NCBI RefSeq assembly: GCF_009909145.1
Contig: NZ_JAAAPJ010000005.1
Span: 336,470-400,469 of the forward strand
Source: Corallococcus silvisoli
Lineage (GTDB): Bacteria > Myxococcota > Myxococcia > Myxococcales > Myxococcaceae
Reading direction: 5' to 3'
Length of the DNA: 64,000 nucleotides
Part shown: piece after piece, positions 42,915-52,840 of the stretch
How positions within the stretch are numbered: position 1 is the first letter of the stretch
Layout: each line of letters opens with the position of its first letter
Made by a program: the position numbers and the translations under genes
Notes under the pieces: generated by a model
Told to the model about the DNA's origin: nothing
What the model saw: the letters and a program-made list of their open reading frames with translations, nothing else
Database searches by the model: none

Positions 42915-44702
42915 CTAATCCACGACGCGGGCGTTGGTCAGCGACGGCGGCCCGCCCAGCGCGGGCGGCGTCCAGGGGATCACCTTGCGGTTGCGCCACT
43001 CGACGAACTTGAGCGACGGGTCCTCCAGCGGCACGTCGAAGGTGAAGGAGATGCGCGTGGGGCCCTCCGCGTCCGCCTCCTCGATGCGCGCCTTCATGCC
43101 CTTCATGTCGAACTCATCCCCCTGCTTCACCGGGTAGTTCACGCCGCGGTAGATGCGCTCCTCCAGGATGTTGAGGTAGTGCTTCCCGTCCGTCAGCGAC
43201 AGCTCCAGCGAGTTGGGGCCGGTGCGCGTCACCTTCTGCTCCTCCGACTTGTAGGACAGCACCCACCAGTTCTTCGGCAGGGGCCGGCCCGAGGACCACC
43301 ACTGCACGGAGCCGTAGATGCCCACCGTGCCGCTGGGGGCGTTGAGCACCACCAGGCGCTGGTTCGGGAACTGCTCCAGGTCCAGGGCCTCCGCGTAGCG
43401 CAGGTTCACGCGCTTGAACAACGCGTCCACCTGCGAATAGAAGCCCGAGGTCTGCCACCAGACGTACGGCGCGCCCACGACGTGCAGGAGCGCCATCACC
43501 GCCGCGCCCGCCAGCACCGCGCCCGCCCGGGGCTTCAGCGCGCGGCCGCGCCACGCGCAGCGCAGCACCACCGCCAGCGCCACCGCCATGCCCAGGCTGG
43601 GCACGATGAGCGTGCGGGCGCCCGCCAGCGGCGAGCTGCCCAGCCACGTGGACAGGAACGAGCCCGTCAGCAGCCACTTCAGCGTCTTGCGCTCCGCCGG
43701 CTCCACCTGCGGCCACACGCCCCACAGGAGCAGCCCGAAGAACACCAGGCCCGCCGCGCCCAGCAGCTGGAAGGTGGGCACATAGGACGGGTCCAGGATG
43801 TAGTCGTTGGGCGCGCTGAGCGTCAGCCCCGCGATGGCGGCGGGCACGCGCGCGAACATCCCCATGAACCACTGCACCGGCGCCCCGTACGGATCCAGGT
43901 GCGTGTCCTGCCTCGCCGCGCCGTAGCCCAGCGCCTTGTACATGACGAGGAAGGCGGTCATCAGCGCGCCAAACGGGATGAGCGCCTTGAGCCGGTCGGA
44001 CGGCTTGCCCGGACCCGCGAAGGCCTCATAGGCGAGGACGTAGGGGATCATGATGAGCACCGTCTCCGCGCCCGCCAGGCCCAGCGCGAAGGCGATGAGC
44101 GACCCCACCAGCGCGCCCTTGCGCTGGCGCTCGCGCCACTCCATGTGCAGCCAGAGGCCCAGCACCCCGAAGAGCATGGACACCAGCAGCACGCGGTAGG
44201 ACAGCCAGCCCACCACCGCGCTGTGGGAGCCGTTGACGGCGAAGAGGAACAGCGCCAGCCCGGCCAGCCCCGTGGGCAGCAGCCGCCGGAACAGCACGCC
44301 CACCAGCATCACCAGGCCCACGTACCAGAGCAGCGAGTGCACGTGATACGCGACGGCGACGCGGTTGTAGAGCAGGTGATCCAGGCCGAACAGCGCGCTG
44401 CCCAGCGGCCGGAAGAAGGCCAGCTTCACCCCGGGCTCCACCCACCACGGGAAGATGCCCGCATGGGACATCTGCGCGGTGTGCTCCGCGACGCCCGTGG
44501 CCGTGCGGTACACGTCGAAGTGCGTGTTCGCCAGCGGCGCTGGCTGCGGCAGGTTGTCCCAGACGCCCAGCCAGACATAGTCGTCGAACATCCAGCCCGT
44601 GTTCAGCGTCAGCAGGCTGAGCGCCGCCGCGGCGACGACTGAAATCCAGAAATAGCGTCGAAACGGCCAACCACCGGAGGATGGCGGAGGAGAGGTATCC
44701 AT
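42915..44702 (-). CDS. Large polytopic membrane protein (about 12 TM plus C-terminal soluble domain); possible GT-C-fold glycosyl/lipid transferase-like
   Basis: 595 aa. N-terminal two-thirds strongly hydrophobic with periplasmic-loop Asp/Arg motifs. C-terminal 150 aa hydrophilic. Function not assignable. Confidence 0.55.
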   Translation of the reverse strand: MDTSPPPSSGGWPFRRYFWISVVAAAALSLLTLNTGWMFDDYVWLGVWDNLPQPAPLANTHFDVYRTATGVAEHTAQMSHAGIFPWWVEPGVKLAFFRPLGSALFGLDHLLYNRVAVAYHVHSLLWYVGLVMLVGVLFRRLLPTGLAGLALFLFAVNGSHSAVVGWLSYRVLLVSMLFGVLGLWLHMEWRERQRKGALVGSLIAFALGLAGAETVLIMIPYVLAYEAFAGPGKPSDRLKALIPFGALMTAFLVMYKALGYGAARQDTHLDPYGAPVQWFMGMFARVPAAIAGLTLSAPNDYILDPSYVPTFQLLGAAGLVFFGLLLWGVWPQVEPAERKTLKWLLTGSFLSTWLGSSPLAGARTLIVPSLGMAVALAVVLRCAWRGRALKPRAGAVLAGAAVMALLHVVGAPYVWWQTSGFYSQVDALFKRVNLRYAEALDLEQFPNQRLVVLNAPSGTVGIYGSVQWWSSGRPLPKNWWVLSYKSEEQKVTRTGPNSLELSLTDGKHYLNILEERIYRGVNYPVKQGDEFDMKGMKARIEEADAEGPTRISFTFDVPLEDPSLKFVEWRNRKVIPWTPPALGGPPSLTNARVVD

Positions 44703-44921
44703 GTTTCAAAGATCTATCAGCAGCGCCCCCCGACGAGATAGGTCCTGCCGGGTCGTCCGCTGACACCGGAAACACGCGGAGTGCGTCGCGGCCCGCGGAG
44801 ATCCTTTGCCACTGCCCGGACTCCGGGTGATTCTCGGCGAACGGAGGGGGCCGCGGTCCGGCAGAGGCAACCGCGAACGGGCGCGGGGCGTTCCTTCCGT
44901 GCCCTCGTCCGGAGCGCACGC

Positions 44922-46337
44922 ATGCGCATCGCCATCATCGCCACGTACACCCATCCGACCCGCCTGCGGATCAAGGAACCCTCCATCATGCAGTCCTCCG
45001 TGCCGGAGCTGATCGCCGGCCTGTGCCCGGAGCACGCGCAGGTGGAGATCTTCAACGAGAAGGAGGCCGACCTGCCGTTGGACAGGCACTGGGACCTGGT
45101 CTTCTTCTCGTACCTGCACTCGTACTACGAGCACACCAAGGTGCTCTCCACCCTCTTCCGTCAGCGCGGCATGACGACGGTGGCGGGCGGGCGGCACGCC
45201 AGCCACTTCCCCGACGACGCGGCCCTCTATTTCGACGCGGTCATCACCGGCGAGCCCGAATCCAACGTGCCCGCGCTCATCGCCGACTTCGAGAAGGGCG
45301 AGCTGAAGCCGCGCTACAGCCTGCCGTCGCAGGGCGCCGCGGCCATCCGCCCGTACCGCTACGAGCTCATCGACTTCACGCACAACAAGGTGCGCCTGCC
45401 GGGCATCGAGGCGTCGCGAGGCTGCCCCTTCACCTGCAACTTCTGCGTGCTCACCGGCCACGAGCGCTACCGCTTCCGCCCCATCCCCGAGGTCATCGAC
45501 GAGATCCAGACGCGCATGCGCTGGAACCCGAACTTCCTGGGGCTGATGGATGACGCCTTCGTCTTCCTGGACAACAACCTGGGCGGCTCCCCCAAGTACC
45601 TGCGCGCGCTTTGCGAAGCGCTCATCCCCTTGAAGAAGACCTGGGGCTGCGCCCTCACCTTCAACGTGCTCAAGGATGAAGCGCTGGTGAAGCTGATGGC
45701 GAAGGCGGGCTGCCGCTACGTCTACACCGGCCTGGAGTCCCTCAACCCGGACTCCATCAAGGCGATGAACAAGGGGCAGAACAAGCTGTCGGAGGTGGAC
45801 GCCGTCATCCGCCGCGTCTTCTCCGCCGGCATCCTGCTGTCCTTCGGGCTCATCGTCGGCTCGGACGGCGACACCAACGAATACCTGCACCGGCTGCCGG
45901 AGTACCTGGCGGACCTGAAGTACTTCTCCGTCACCTTCCTGGGCATCGTGTGCCCGTATCCGGAGACGCCCTTCTTTCGCGAGCTCCAGGCGGACAACCG
46001 GCTGCTGCCGGGCACCACCAGCCGCGACTATGACGGCTACACGCTGTGCCACCGGCCCAAGCAGCTCCACGGGTCGGAGGTGGTGGAGCACTTCCGCCGG
46101 CTGTGTCACACGCTGGGGAGCCTGCCCAACATCGCGCGGCACTACGCGTCCAAGCTGATGATGAGCGACCTGCCCCGCTACAAGCAGACCATCCTCTTCT
46201 CCGGGCCGGAGATCATCAGCATCCGCAACCCGGTGAAGAACCCGGCGCGCCGCTACATCGCGGGCCTGGACGCCATCGAGGAGTGGGACGTGAAGCAGAT
46301 GGCCGCGCTGGGCCTCAAGCCCCAGCTTCTGACCTGA
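44922..46337 (+). CDS. B12-binding-domain radical SAM enzyme (class B rSAM)
   Basis: N-terminal B12-binding Rossmann-like region, then the radical-SAM cluster motif CPFTCNFC (Cx3Cx2C). Confidence 0.8.
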   Translation: MRIAIIATYTHPTRLRIKEPSIMQSSVPELIAGLCPEHAQVEIFNEKEADLPLDRHWDLVFFSYLHSYYEHTKVLSTLFRQRGMTTVAGGRHASHFPDDAALYFDAVITGEPESNVPALIADFEKGELKPRYSLPSQGAAAIRPYRYELIDFTHNKVRLPGIEASRGCPFTCNFCVLTGHERYRFRPIPEVIDEIQTRMRWNPNFLGLMDDAFVFLDNNLGGSPKYLRALCEALIPLKKTWGCALTFNVLKDEALVKLMAKAGCRYVYTGLESLNPDSIKAMNKGQNKLSEVDAVIRRVFSAGILLSFGLIVGSDGDTNEYLHRLPEYLADLKYFSVTFLGIVCPYPETPFFRELQADNRLLPGTTSRDYDGYTLCHRPKQLHGSEVVEHFRRLCHTLGSLPNIARHYASKLMMSDLPRYKQTILFSGPEIISIRNPVKNPARRYIAGLDAIEEWDVKQMAALGLKPQLLT

Positions 46338-47145
46338 GCCGGGACGGCAGGCGCACGTCCCACGCCAGCCCCACGGCCTGGAGCGCGCGGATGAAGAGCC
46401 AGCCTGGATCCCACTGCCACCACACCCAGCCATGCCGCGCGGACGCGGGGAAGGCGTGGTGGTTGTTGTGCCAGCCCTCGCCCAGCGCGAGGACGCTCAC
46501 CCACCACACGTTCCGGCTCTGGTCGCGCGTGTCGTGGACGCGCGAGCCGAACGCGGCGTGGCACACGGAGTTCACCGCGTAGGTGCTCTGCATCCAGCAC
46601 ACCACCGGCAGGAAGAAGTACGCGGGCACCGCGCGCCAGCCGAACGTCAGCCCCACCGCGAGCACCGCCAGCACCTGCGGCGCGATCCGGTAGCGCAGGA
46701 GCCAGTGGTAGTAGCCGTCCTGCGCCATGTCGCGGCACCAGGTGCGCCAGCCGTCCTCCTCCGTGGAGGCCTCGTTGAGGATCCACCCCATGTGCGCGTA
46801 CCAGAAGCCGCGCACGGGCGAATGCACGTCGCCCTCCATGTCCGCCTTCGCGTGATGCAGCCGGTGGTTGGCGGCCCACAGCAGCGGGCTGCCCTGGGCC
46901 GTCAGCATGGCCACCGTCACCAGCGCGTACTCCACCCAGCGGGGGCAGGCGAAGGCCCGGTGGCAGAGGAGCCGGTGCAGCCCCACCGTGGTGCCCAGCC
47001 CGATGGACACGTACACCCCCAGCGCCACCGGCAGCGCGTACGGAGGCCACGGGAGGAAGAAGGCCAGCGCGGCCAGCGCATGCACCACGAGCATGTAGCC
47101 GACGATGACGGGACTGAACCGGAAGCGGAGCGGAGCGGTGGTCAT
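46315..47145 (-). CDS. Acyl-CoA (stearoyl-CoA type, delta-9) desaturase
   Basis: SCD-type histidine boxes HRLLCH, HRLHH and HNNHH with four TM segments. ATG 47145. The upstream part of the 1166-aa ORF is an artefact. Confidence 0.8.
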   Translation of the reverse strand: MTTAPLRFRFSPVIVGYMLVVHALAALAFFLPWPPYALPVALGVYVSIGLGTTVGLHRLLCHRAFACPRWVEYALVTVAMLTAQGSPLLWAANHRLHHAKADMEGDVHSPVRGFWYAHMGWILNEASTEEDGWRTWCRDMAQDGYYHWLLRYRIAPQVLAVLAVGLTFGWRAVPAYFFLPVVCWMQSTYAVNSVCHAAFGSRVHDTRDQSRNVWWVSVLALGEGWHNNHHAFPASARHGWVWWQWDPGWLFIRALQAVGLAWDVRLPSRLRSEAGA

Positions 47146-47216
47146 GGCCTGGTGCGGAGTCGAAGGGGAGGCACGCAGCGTAGGGGCCGGGCCTGACGGC
47201 GCGGGGGGATGCACGG

Positions 47217-50200
47217 TCACCCCCCCCGCGCGGCGCGGAGCGGCGGGAGCGCCGCGGTGCCGGGCAGCAGGGCCTGCATCGCGGCCTGGAAGCGGTCCAT
47301 GCGGCGCAGCTCCGCGTGGGCCTCCACCTGCGTGAAGATGGCCCGGGCGCGGGCCAGGAACGCGTCCCGCCGGTGCGGCAGCGCCACCGCCGCGTCGAAG
47401 TAGGCCACGCCCGTCTCCCAGCGGTTGGGGCTCTTCTCCAGGACGGCGATGGCCTCCAGGAACACCGGCTCCGCGGCCCTCGGGCCCTTGCGCAGGGCCA
47501 GGGCGCGCGCCGTCACGCGCAGCGCCGGGCCCTTGAGGTACGGGTACAGCCGGGCGATCACGCGCGCCTTGAGGCAGGCCAGCCGCACGATGCGCAGCAG
47601 CTTCTTGCGCGACACCACCGTGGCGCCCTCCTCCAGCGCGAAGAGGGCCGCCTCCGCCGCGTCCACCAGCCCCACCTGGAGGAAGGGCACCAGCACCTGG
47701 TAGCTCCAGATGCTCTTGAAGCAGCGCACCGCGACGAGCGCCGCCTCCTCCACCTGGTGCTCGCGCACGGTGACGTTGGCCAGGTGGTTGAGGCTCGCGC
47801 ACTGGTTGGCCAGGTCCGCCACCTCCATGCTGATGCGCAGGCCCTGCTCCATCTCCGCGCACAGCTCGCCGACGTCGCCTTCGCCCAGCAGGTAGCGGCA
47901 CATGGGCGCCCACGAGTGCGCCCAGCCCTGGTGCATCAGCGCGTTGAGCTCCAGGCCAATGGTCCCCATCTGCTCGTAGAGCGACTCCGCCGTCCGGAAG
48001 CGCGAGTGGAGGAACTCCCCTGTCGCCTGCATCATCAGGGACGTCTGGCGCTCCCAGCGCTCGCCCACCTGGCGCAGCGTGGAGACGGCCTCCTCCTGGA
48101 ACTCCCGCGCGCGCTCCAGCTCGTTGGCGAAGAAGGCCTGGATGCCCAGGCGGCTGAGCGCGAGCCCCTCCGCCACGGGGTCGCGGGAGCGCAGTGCGTA
48201 GGTGAGCGCCCGCTCGCAGTGCAGCCGCGCGCGCTTGAGCAACCCCGCGCCGAACAGCAGCGTGCCGTAATAGCCGCTGGCGAGGCTCATGGCGTAGTCG
48301 CTGCGCGAGCGCTCCGCCATGTTGGTGGACACCAGCGTCGCCCAGGTGAGCTTGGTGATGTCCGCGAAGTAGTAGATGCGGATGAGCGAGTTGAGCGTGG
48401 ACAGCTGCTGGAGGTAGTTGCCCAGCCGCGACGCGGGCAGCGGCCGCAGCACGAACGGCATCAGCGTGGCCAGCCCCCGGAGGAGCAGGTTGCCCAGCGT
48501 CCGCGCGCCCAGCGCGGCCAGGTTCCCGGGGAGGCTGCGGCCTCGGAGGACCAGCGACTGCTCCAGGTGCTGCGTGGCCAGCGCGGACTCGCCCTTCTCC
48601 TGGTGCGCGCGGCCCAGGCCCAGGTGCAGCTCCGCCTGCTGCGGCACCTCCTCCTCGTCCACCAGGCACTGCTCGAACATCAGGATGGCGTTGGCGTAGT
48701 GGCCCGCCTGGAGCAGCGTCTCCGCCAGCTCCTGCATCACCCGGCGCGTCTTCAGCAGCATCGCCTCCGGGTCCACCGGCACGACGGTGCCCAGGAGCTC
48801 CAACCCCCGGTTGTAGTGGTAGAGGGCGTCGTCGTTGGCGTACTGCGCCCGCGCGCTGCGGGCCGCCATCAGCGTGTACTCCAGGCCCTTGTCCTCCACG
48901 TTGCCCGCGAGGAAGTGGAACGCGAGCAGACCCGCGGAGCCCGCGAGGTTGTCGCTCGCGCGGGCCTCCAGGTAGCGCGCGAGCCGGCGGTGCAGGTCCT
49001 CGCGCGCCGACACCAGCAGCGTGTTGTAGGCCACGTCGCGGATGACGATGTGCTTGAAGAGGCAGGTGTAGGGCTCCTCCGCCTCCAGGAGGGTGAGGCC
49101 CAGGCGCCGGAGCGTGTCCATGGCCTCGCGGAGCCTCGGGCCGGCCAGGGAGGGCACCAGCGCCGCCACCGCGTCCAGCGTGAAGATGCGCCCGATGACG
49201 GACGCCACCTTCACCACCAGCTTCTCCGTCTCGCTCAGCAGGTCGATGCGCGACAGCACCACGTCCTGGATGGAGTCCGGGAGCAGCAGGTCCTGCAGGC
49301 CGCGCTTCACCTCCATCCGCGACGCGCCGGGCTCCACCGGTCCCAGGTAGCCCTGCTCCGCCAGGCCCTCCACGATGGACTCGATGAAGAACGGGTTGCC
49401 CTGCACCTTCGCGAGCAGCCGCTCCTCCAGCGCCACGTCCGGCGGCGACAAGCGCAGGTGCACGCGCAGGAGCGCTCGCGTGTCCTCGTCGTCCAGGCTG
49501 CTCAGGTCCACCGGACAGTACTCGGGCGTGTCGCGCAGCCCCTTGAGCTGGTCGCCCGGGCGCATCGTCGCCAGCACCATGATGCGGTGCGACCCCACGC
49601 GCGCCGCGAGGTGCTGGAGCAGGTCCAACGAGATGTAGTCCGCCCAGTGCAGGTCCTCGAAGAAGAGCAGCAGCGGCTGCGCGTGGCTGAGCTTCTCCAG
49701 GAGCTGGAAGACGATCTGGAACACCTTCTGCTGCTTGCGCCTCGCGTCCATCCCCGCCGTGACGGACGTCTCCTCCAGGGACATGCCCAGGATGCCCGCG
49801 ACCACGGGCATCCACTCCGGCCCCACGTCCTCCAGGCCGTCCAGCCCCTGCCGCAGGCGCGTCAGCTGCGCCTCCGTGTCATCCGAGTCGTGCAGCCCGA
49901 AGGCCTGGAGCAGCACTTCCTTCCAGGGGAAGAAGGGGGTGAACATCTCGTAGGAGTAGCAGACGCCGTACAGCGCCCGCGCGCCGCCCTCCTCCGCGTC
50001 CTCCAGGACGCGCGCGCCCAGCCGTGACTTGCCGATGCCGGCCTCGCCGGACACCACGCACACGCGGCCCTGGCCGGTGAACGACGCGTTCAGCGCCTCA
50101 TGCAGCACGTTCAGCTCACGGCTGCGGCCGATGATGTCGCCCCGGCCCTTGATGAAGAGGCCGCGGCGCGTCTCCCCCAGCAGCCGGTACACCGGCACCG

Positions 50201-51509
50201 TGCGCGAGACGCCCTTGAGCTTCGCGTCCTCCACGAACTCGGTGGCGAAGCCGCCCTGCAGCGAGCGGGCCTGGGTGTTGGCGCACAGGTGCACGCCGCT
50301 CTGGCGTCCGCCGTGCGTCATCAAGCGCGCGGCCATGTTCACGACCTCGCCCAGCGCCGAGTACCCCTTGCGCGTCGGGGAGCCCATGTCCCCGCAGTAG
50401 GCGTGGCCGGTGGCGATGCCGATCTGCAGCTCGTCCAGGAACGGGAACGACTCCCGGGCCTTGAGCAGCTTGCAGGCCAGCCGGCACGCCAGCACCTCCT
50501 TGTTCTGCTGGGCGGTGGGCGCGCCGAACAGGACGTAGAGCACGTTGCCCTTGTCCGTGAAGTCCGTCATCAGCAGCACGCCGCCGTGGTGGGCGCTCTC
50601 GCGCTGGACGAACTCGTAGTAGGCGTTGAGGTCGCGGGTGAACGCGCCGGGGTCGTGGTCCGACGTCGCATGCGTGAAGCGCACGAAGAAGCAGGTGACG
50701 TCGCGGAAGTCTCCGGTGAACTCCTGGTGCGCGGTGGTGATCTTCGTGAAGAGCACCGGGTGCAGCAGGAGCGCGCACCGGCCCACCAGCTCCGCCCCTC
50801 CCGTGGGCGGCGGCAGCGGGCGCTTGACGGAGTCCACCGGCGCGTCGAGCGCCAGCCGGTGGTTGCCGCCCTCGCGGGGCTCCCCCCTTCGCGCGGCTTC
50901 CGGCAACACGTCCCACGCACGGGGGCTGAGCACCACCTCCGACACCGTGGCCTGCTTCTCCGCGCCCACCGCCTGCGCCAGCGGCTCGCCCACGAGCGCC
51001 GGGTGCATCCACAGGCCGGTGCTCCCCATCACGATGCGGGTGGACTCACCAAAGCCGATGCCGATGCGCGACGACACGCCGAAGCGCTGACCCAACAGCT
51101 CCAGCCGCGCGAAGCGCGCGAGCCGCCGCTGCACGCCCAGCGCGCACACCGCCGCGCGCTGCACGACGTCTGCGTCCGCCTCGCCGGGCGCGGCCTCGAA
51201 GCACGCGAGGATGGAGTCTCCGGCGAACTGGTAGATGTCCCCGCCGTGGTCGCGGACCACGTCGATCATCTCCGTGTAGTAGTTCGTGAGCAGCCGCTGG
51301 AGCGCGTCGATGCCTCGCGGACCCGCGCCGCTCAGCCCCACCACGATGGGCGTGAAGCCCGCGATGTCCAGCAGCAGGATGGCGCCCCGCACGGCTTCCG
51401 CGTGCGGCAGCGAATCCGCCTCATGGCTCCCGAGCCGCGCGAGGATGGCCGCCGGCATGTAGGGCGCCAGCGCCGCGACCACCGGATCAATGGGCTGCGT
51501 GGAGGACAT
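47217..51509 (-). CDS. Tandem adenylate/guanylate cyclase domains fused to an AAA/NB-ARC-like ATPase and a TPR region (large signalling ATPase)
   Basis: Two class III cyclase catalytic domains (ILLLDIAGFT...; FVRFTHAT...). Walker A GEAGIGKS. C-terminal TPR-like helical repeats. Confidence 0.85.
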   Translation of the reverse strand: MSSTQPIDPVVAALAPYMPAAILARLGSHEADSLPHAEAVRGAILLLDIAGFTPIVVGLSGAGPRGIDALQRLLTNYYTEMIDVVRDHGGDIYQFAGDSILACFEAAPGEADADVVQRAAVCALGVQRRLARFARLELLGQRFGVSSRIGIGFGESTRIVMGSTGLWMHPALVGEPLAQAVGAEKQATVSEVVLSPRAWDVLPEAARRGEPREGGNHRLALDAPVDSVKRPLPPPTGGAELVGRCALLLHPVLFTKITTAHQEFTGDFRDVTCFFVRFTHATSDHDPGAFTRDLNAYYEFVQRESAHHGGVLLMTDFTDKGNVLYVLFGAPTAQQNKEVLACRLACKLLKARESFPFLDELQIGIATGHAYCGDMGSPTRKGYSALGEVVNMAARLMTHGGRQSGVHLCANTQARSLQGGFATEFVEDAKLKGVSRTVPVYRLLGETRRGLFIKGRGDIIGRSRELNVLHEALNASFTGQGRVCVVSGEAGIGKSRLGARVLEDAEEGGARALYGVCYSYEMFTPFFPWKEVLLQAFGLHDSDDTEAQLTRLRQGLDGLEDVGPEWMPVVAGILGMSLEETSVTAGMDARRKQQKVFQIVFQLLEKLSHAQPLLLFFEDLHWADYISLDLLQHLAARVGSHRIMVLATMRPGDQLKGLRDTPEYCPVDLSSLDDEDTRALLRVHLRLSPPDVALEERLLAKVQGNPFFIESIVEGLAEQGYLGPVEPGASRMEVKRGLQDLLLPDSIQDVVLSRIDLLSETEKLVVKVASVIGRIFTLDAVAALVPSLAGPRLREAMDTLRRLGLTLLEAEEPYTCLFKHIVIRDVAYNTLLVSAREDLHRRLARYLEARASDNLAGSAGLLAFHFLAGNVEDKGLEYTLMAARSARAQYANDDALYHYNRGLELLGTVVPVDPEAMLLKTRRVMQELAETLLQAGHYANAILMFEQCLVDEEEVPQQAELHLGLGRAHQEKGESALATQHLEQSLVLRGRSLPGNLAALGARTLGNLLLRGLATLMPFVLRPLPASRLGNYLQQLSTLNSLIRIYYFADITKLTWATLVSTNMAERSRSDYAMSLASGYYGTLLFGAGLLKRARLHCERALTYALRSRDPVAEGLALSRLGIQAFFANELERAREFQEEAVSTLRQVGERWERQTSLMMQATGEFLHSRFRTAESLYEQMGTIGLELNALMHQGWAHSWAPMCRYLLGEGDVGELCAEMEQGLRISMEVADLANQCASLNHLANVTVREHQVEEAALVAVRCFKSIWSYQVLVPFLQVGLVDAAEAALFALEEGATVVSRKKLLRIVRLACLKARVIARLYPYLKGPALRVTARALALRKGPRAAEPVFLEAIAVLEKSPNRWETGVAYFDAAVALPHRRDAFLARARAIFTQVEAHAELRRMDRFQAAMQALLPGTAALPPLRAARGG

Positions 51510-51525
51510 CCCCAGGGCCTTCCGC

Positions 51526-51927
51526 TCAGGACAGCGTGGCGTAGCGAAGGTACAGGGCCCCCACGCACACCAGGCCGTAGAGGGGAATCTCCGCCGTCTC
51601 CGTCCAGGGCTGCTGCTTCATCACCGCGCCCCAGATGTGCACCGCCGTCATCAGCCCGCCAATCAGGCCGATGAGCTCGAAGATGACCAGGTGGCTCTTG
51701 GGGTCCGGAATGAACCGCACCACCGCGATGATGACGGACAGCGCCAGGCCCCCCAGGCAGCGCGCGAAGTAGACCGTCAGGTCGTTGTTGCCCGTGGGCA
51801 GCTCCCACCCGAACCAGCGCGCCCACCGCAGTGGGACGAACAGCAACGGCAGTGCGTAGACGATCAGGAACAGCGACGTGGAGAGCGCGAGGAACCAGCT
51901 GGCCAGCGGATAGTCGGGGTTGATCAT
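51526..51927 (-). CDS. Small membrane protein (4 TM), probably co-transcribed with the cyclase gene
   Basis: ATG 51927. Four hydrophobic helices. Stop is 17 nt from the cyclase start. Confidence 0.5.
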   Translation of the reverse strand: MINPDYPLASWFLALSTSLFLIVYALPLLFVPLRWARWFGWELPTGNNDLTVYFARCLGGLALSVIIAVVRFIPDPKSHLVIFELIGLIGGLMTAVHIWGAVMKQQPWTETAEIPLYGLVCVGALYLRYATLS

Positions 51928-52066
51928 GGTGGCGAACGTGGCAGGGGCCTGGCGTCCGCGATGCCGGGCGCACCCTGCCCCACGTGTCCATCCTAGAATC
52001 TTTTCCCACCCCGTGGGGTACCTTCCCCCCACCCACCAAGGCCGGTGGGTCGCCTGCCCCGGCCGG

Positions 52067-52597
52067 CTACCGGGTGGCGGCCAGGAGGAACTCCGTCACC
52101 CGCTCCAGGGAGGTGGTGCGCTCGGCCTCCGCCGGGAAGCGCCGGAACAGCTCCGGTGGCCCATGGAGGATGAGCGGCTTGCCATAGCGCAGCGCCAGCA
52201 CGGCCTCCGCCGCGGTGCCCGCGCCCCCGGGCAGCGCCACCAGGGCGTGCGGGGTCAGCACGTTGATGTGGTTGCGGCTCATGGGGTCCGTGCCCTGCTC
52301 CCCGCTGAGCGGCAGGTGGGTGTAGATGGGGATTTCGATGTCCGTGTTCGGATAGCCGGGCCGGGGCTGGTAGCGGCCGTCCGTCCCCACGGTGCCGGGG
52401 ATGATGCCGATGGCCGCCCCCCGCCGCCCCTCCACCTGGACGAAGGCCTCCGCGGCCGCGCTCATCACACCGCCCCCCGCCCCGGTGAGCAGGTCGAAGC
52501 CCGCCTCGGCGATCCACCGCGCCAGGGGGACGACCCACTCCGCGTGGGCCTCCGCCCCCGAGCCGAAGACTCCGATGATGCGGCGGTGTCTGCGCAT
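52067..52597 (-). CDS. LOG-family / TIGR00725-like Rossmann-fold nucleotide-binding protein
   Basis: GAGGGVM and PGGAGTAAE motifs typical of the LOG/DprA-like fold. Internal ATG chosen; upstream ORF extension is non-coding-like. Confidence 0.7.
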   Translation of the reverse strand: MRRHRRIIGVFGSGAEAHAEWVVPLARWIAEAGFDLLTGAGGGVMSAAAEAFVQVEGRRGAAIGIIPGTVGTDGRYQPRPGYPNTDIEIPIYTHLPLSGEQGTDPMSRNHINVLTPHALVALPGGAGTAAEAVLALRYGKPLILHGPPELFRRFPAEAERTTSLERVTEFLLAATR

Positions 52598-52840
52598 GAC
52601 TGCATCCTCCCCAGGAGCCCCGAGCTGCGTGAGCCCCTGTTCCATGCGAATCCGTTGCCAACGCCGCAAGGGCTCACGGACCGCCGTGCGGCCTCCCTCC
52701 CGTCCACCCGTGGAAGGTGCGCGGGGCGAGCGTCCGACACCCGTCGCTTCCCCCCGCCTGGAGCGCCAGACGCCCTCACCCAACCTGGGATGTCGGACCC
52801 CTCCTCTACCTTCGTTCACGAATGAGCCCGGAGACTGCCC

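Noticed and set aside
42126-44642. 838-aa plus-strand ORF
   Set aside because: Antisense to the 595-aa polytopic membrane protein. Extreme Arg/His/Gly composition.
44740-44900. Possible cobalamin riboswitch upstream of the B12-radical-SAM gene (contains ttGCCACTGcccgg, resembling the B12-box core)
   Set aside because: Only the short GCCACTG core is present. The other conserved riboswitch elements (GGTG...GGGAA, GTGAAA-TCC, GGGAAGGC) are not recognisable. Riboswitch control of a B12-dependent enzyme would also be atypical. It would need an Rfam RF00174 covariance scan to decide.
47316-50027. 903-aa plus-strand ORF and the 46315..49815 1166-aa minus ORF extension
   Set aside because: Both overlap the cyclase-AAA-TPR gene in other frames. 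Only the C-terminal 276 aa of the 1166-aa ORF (acyl-CoA desaturase, ATG 47145) has a recognisable family and a start codon context.
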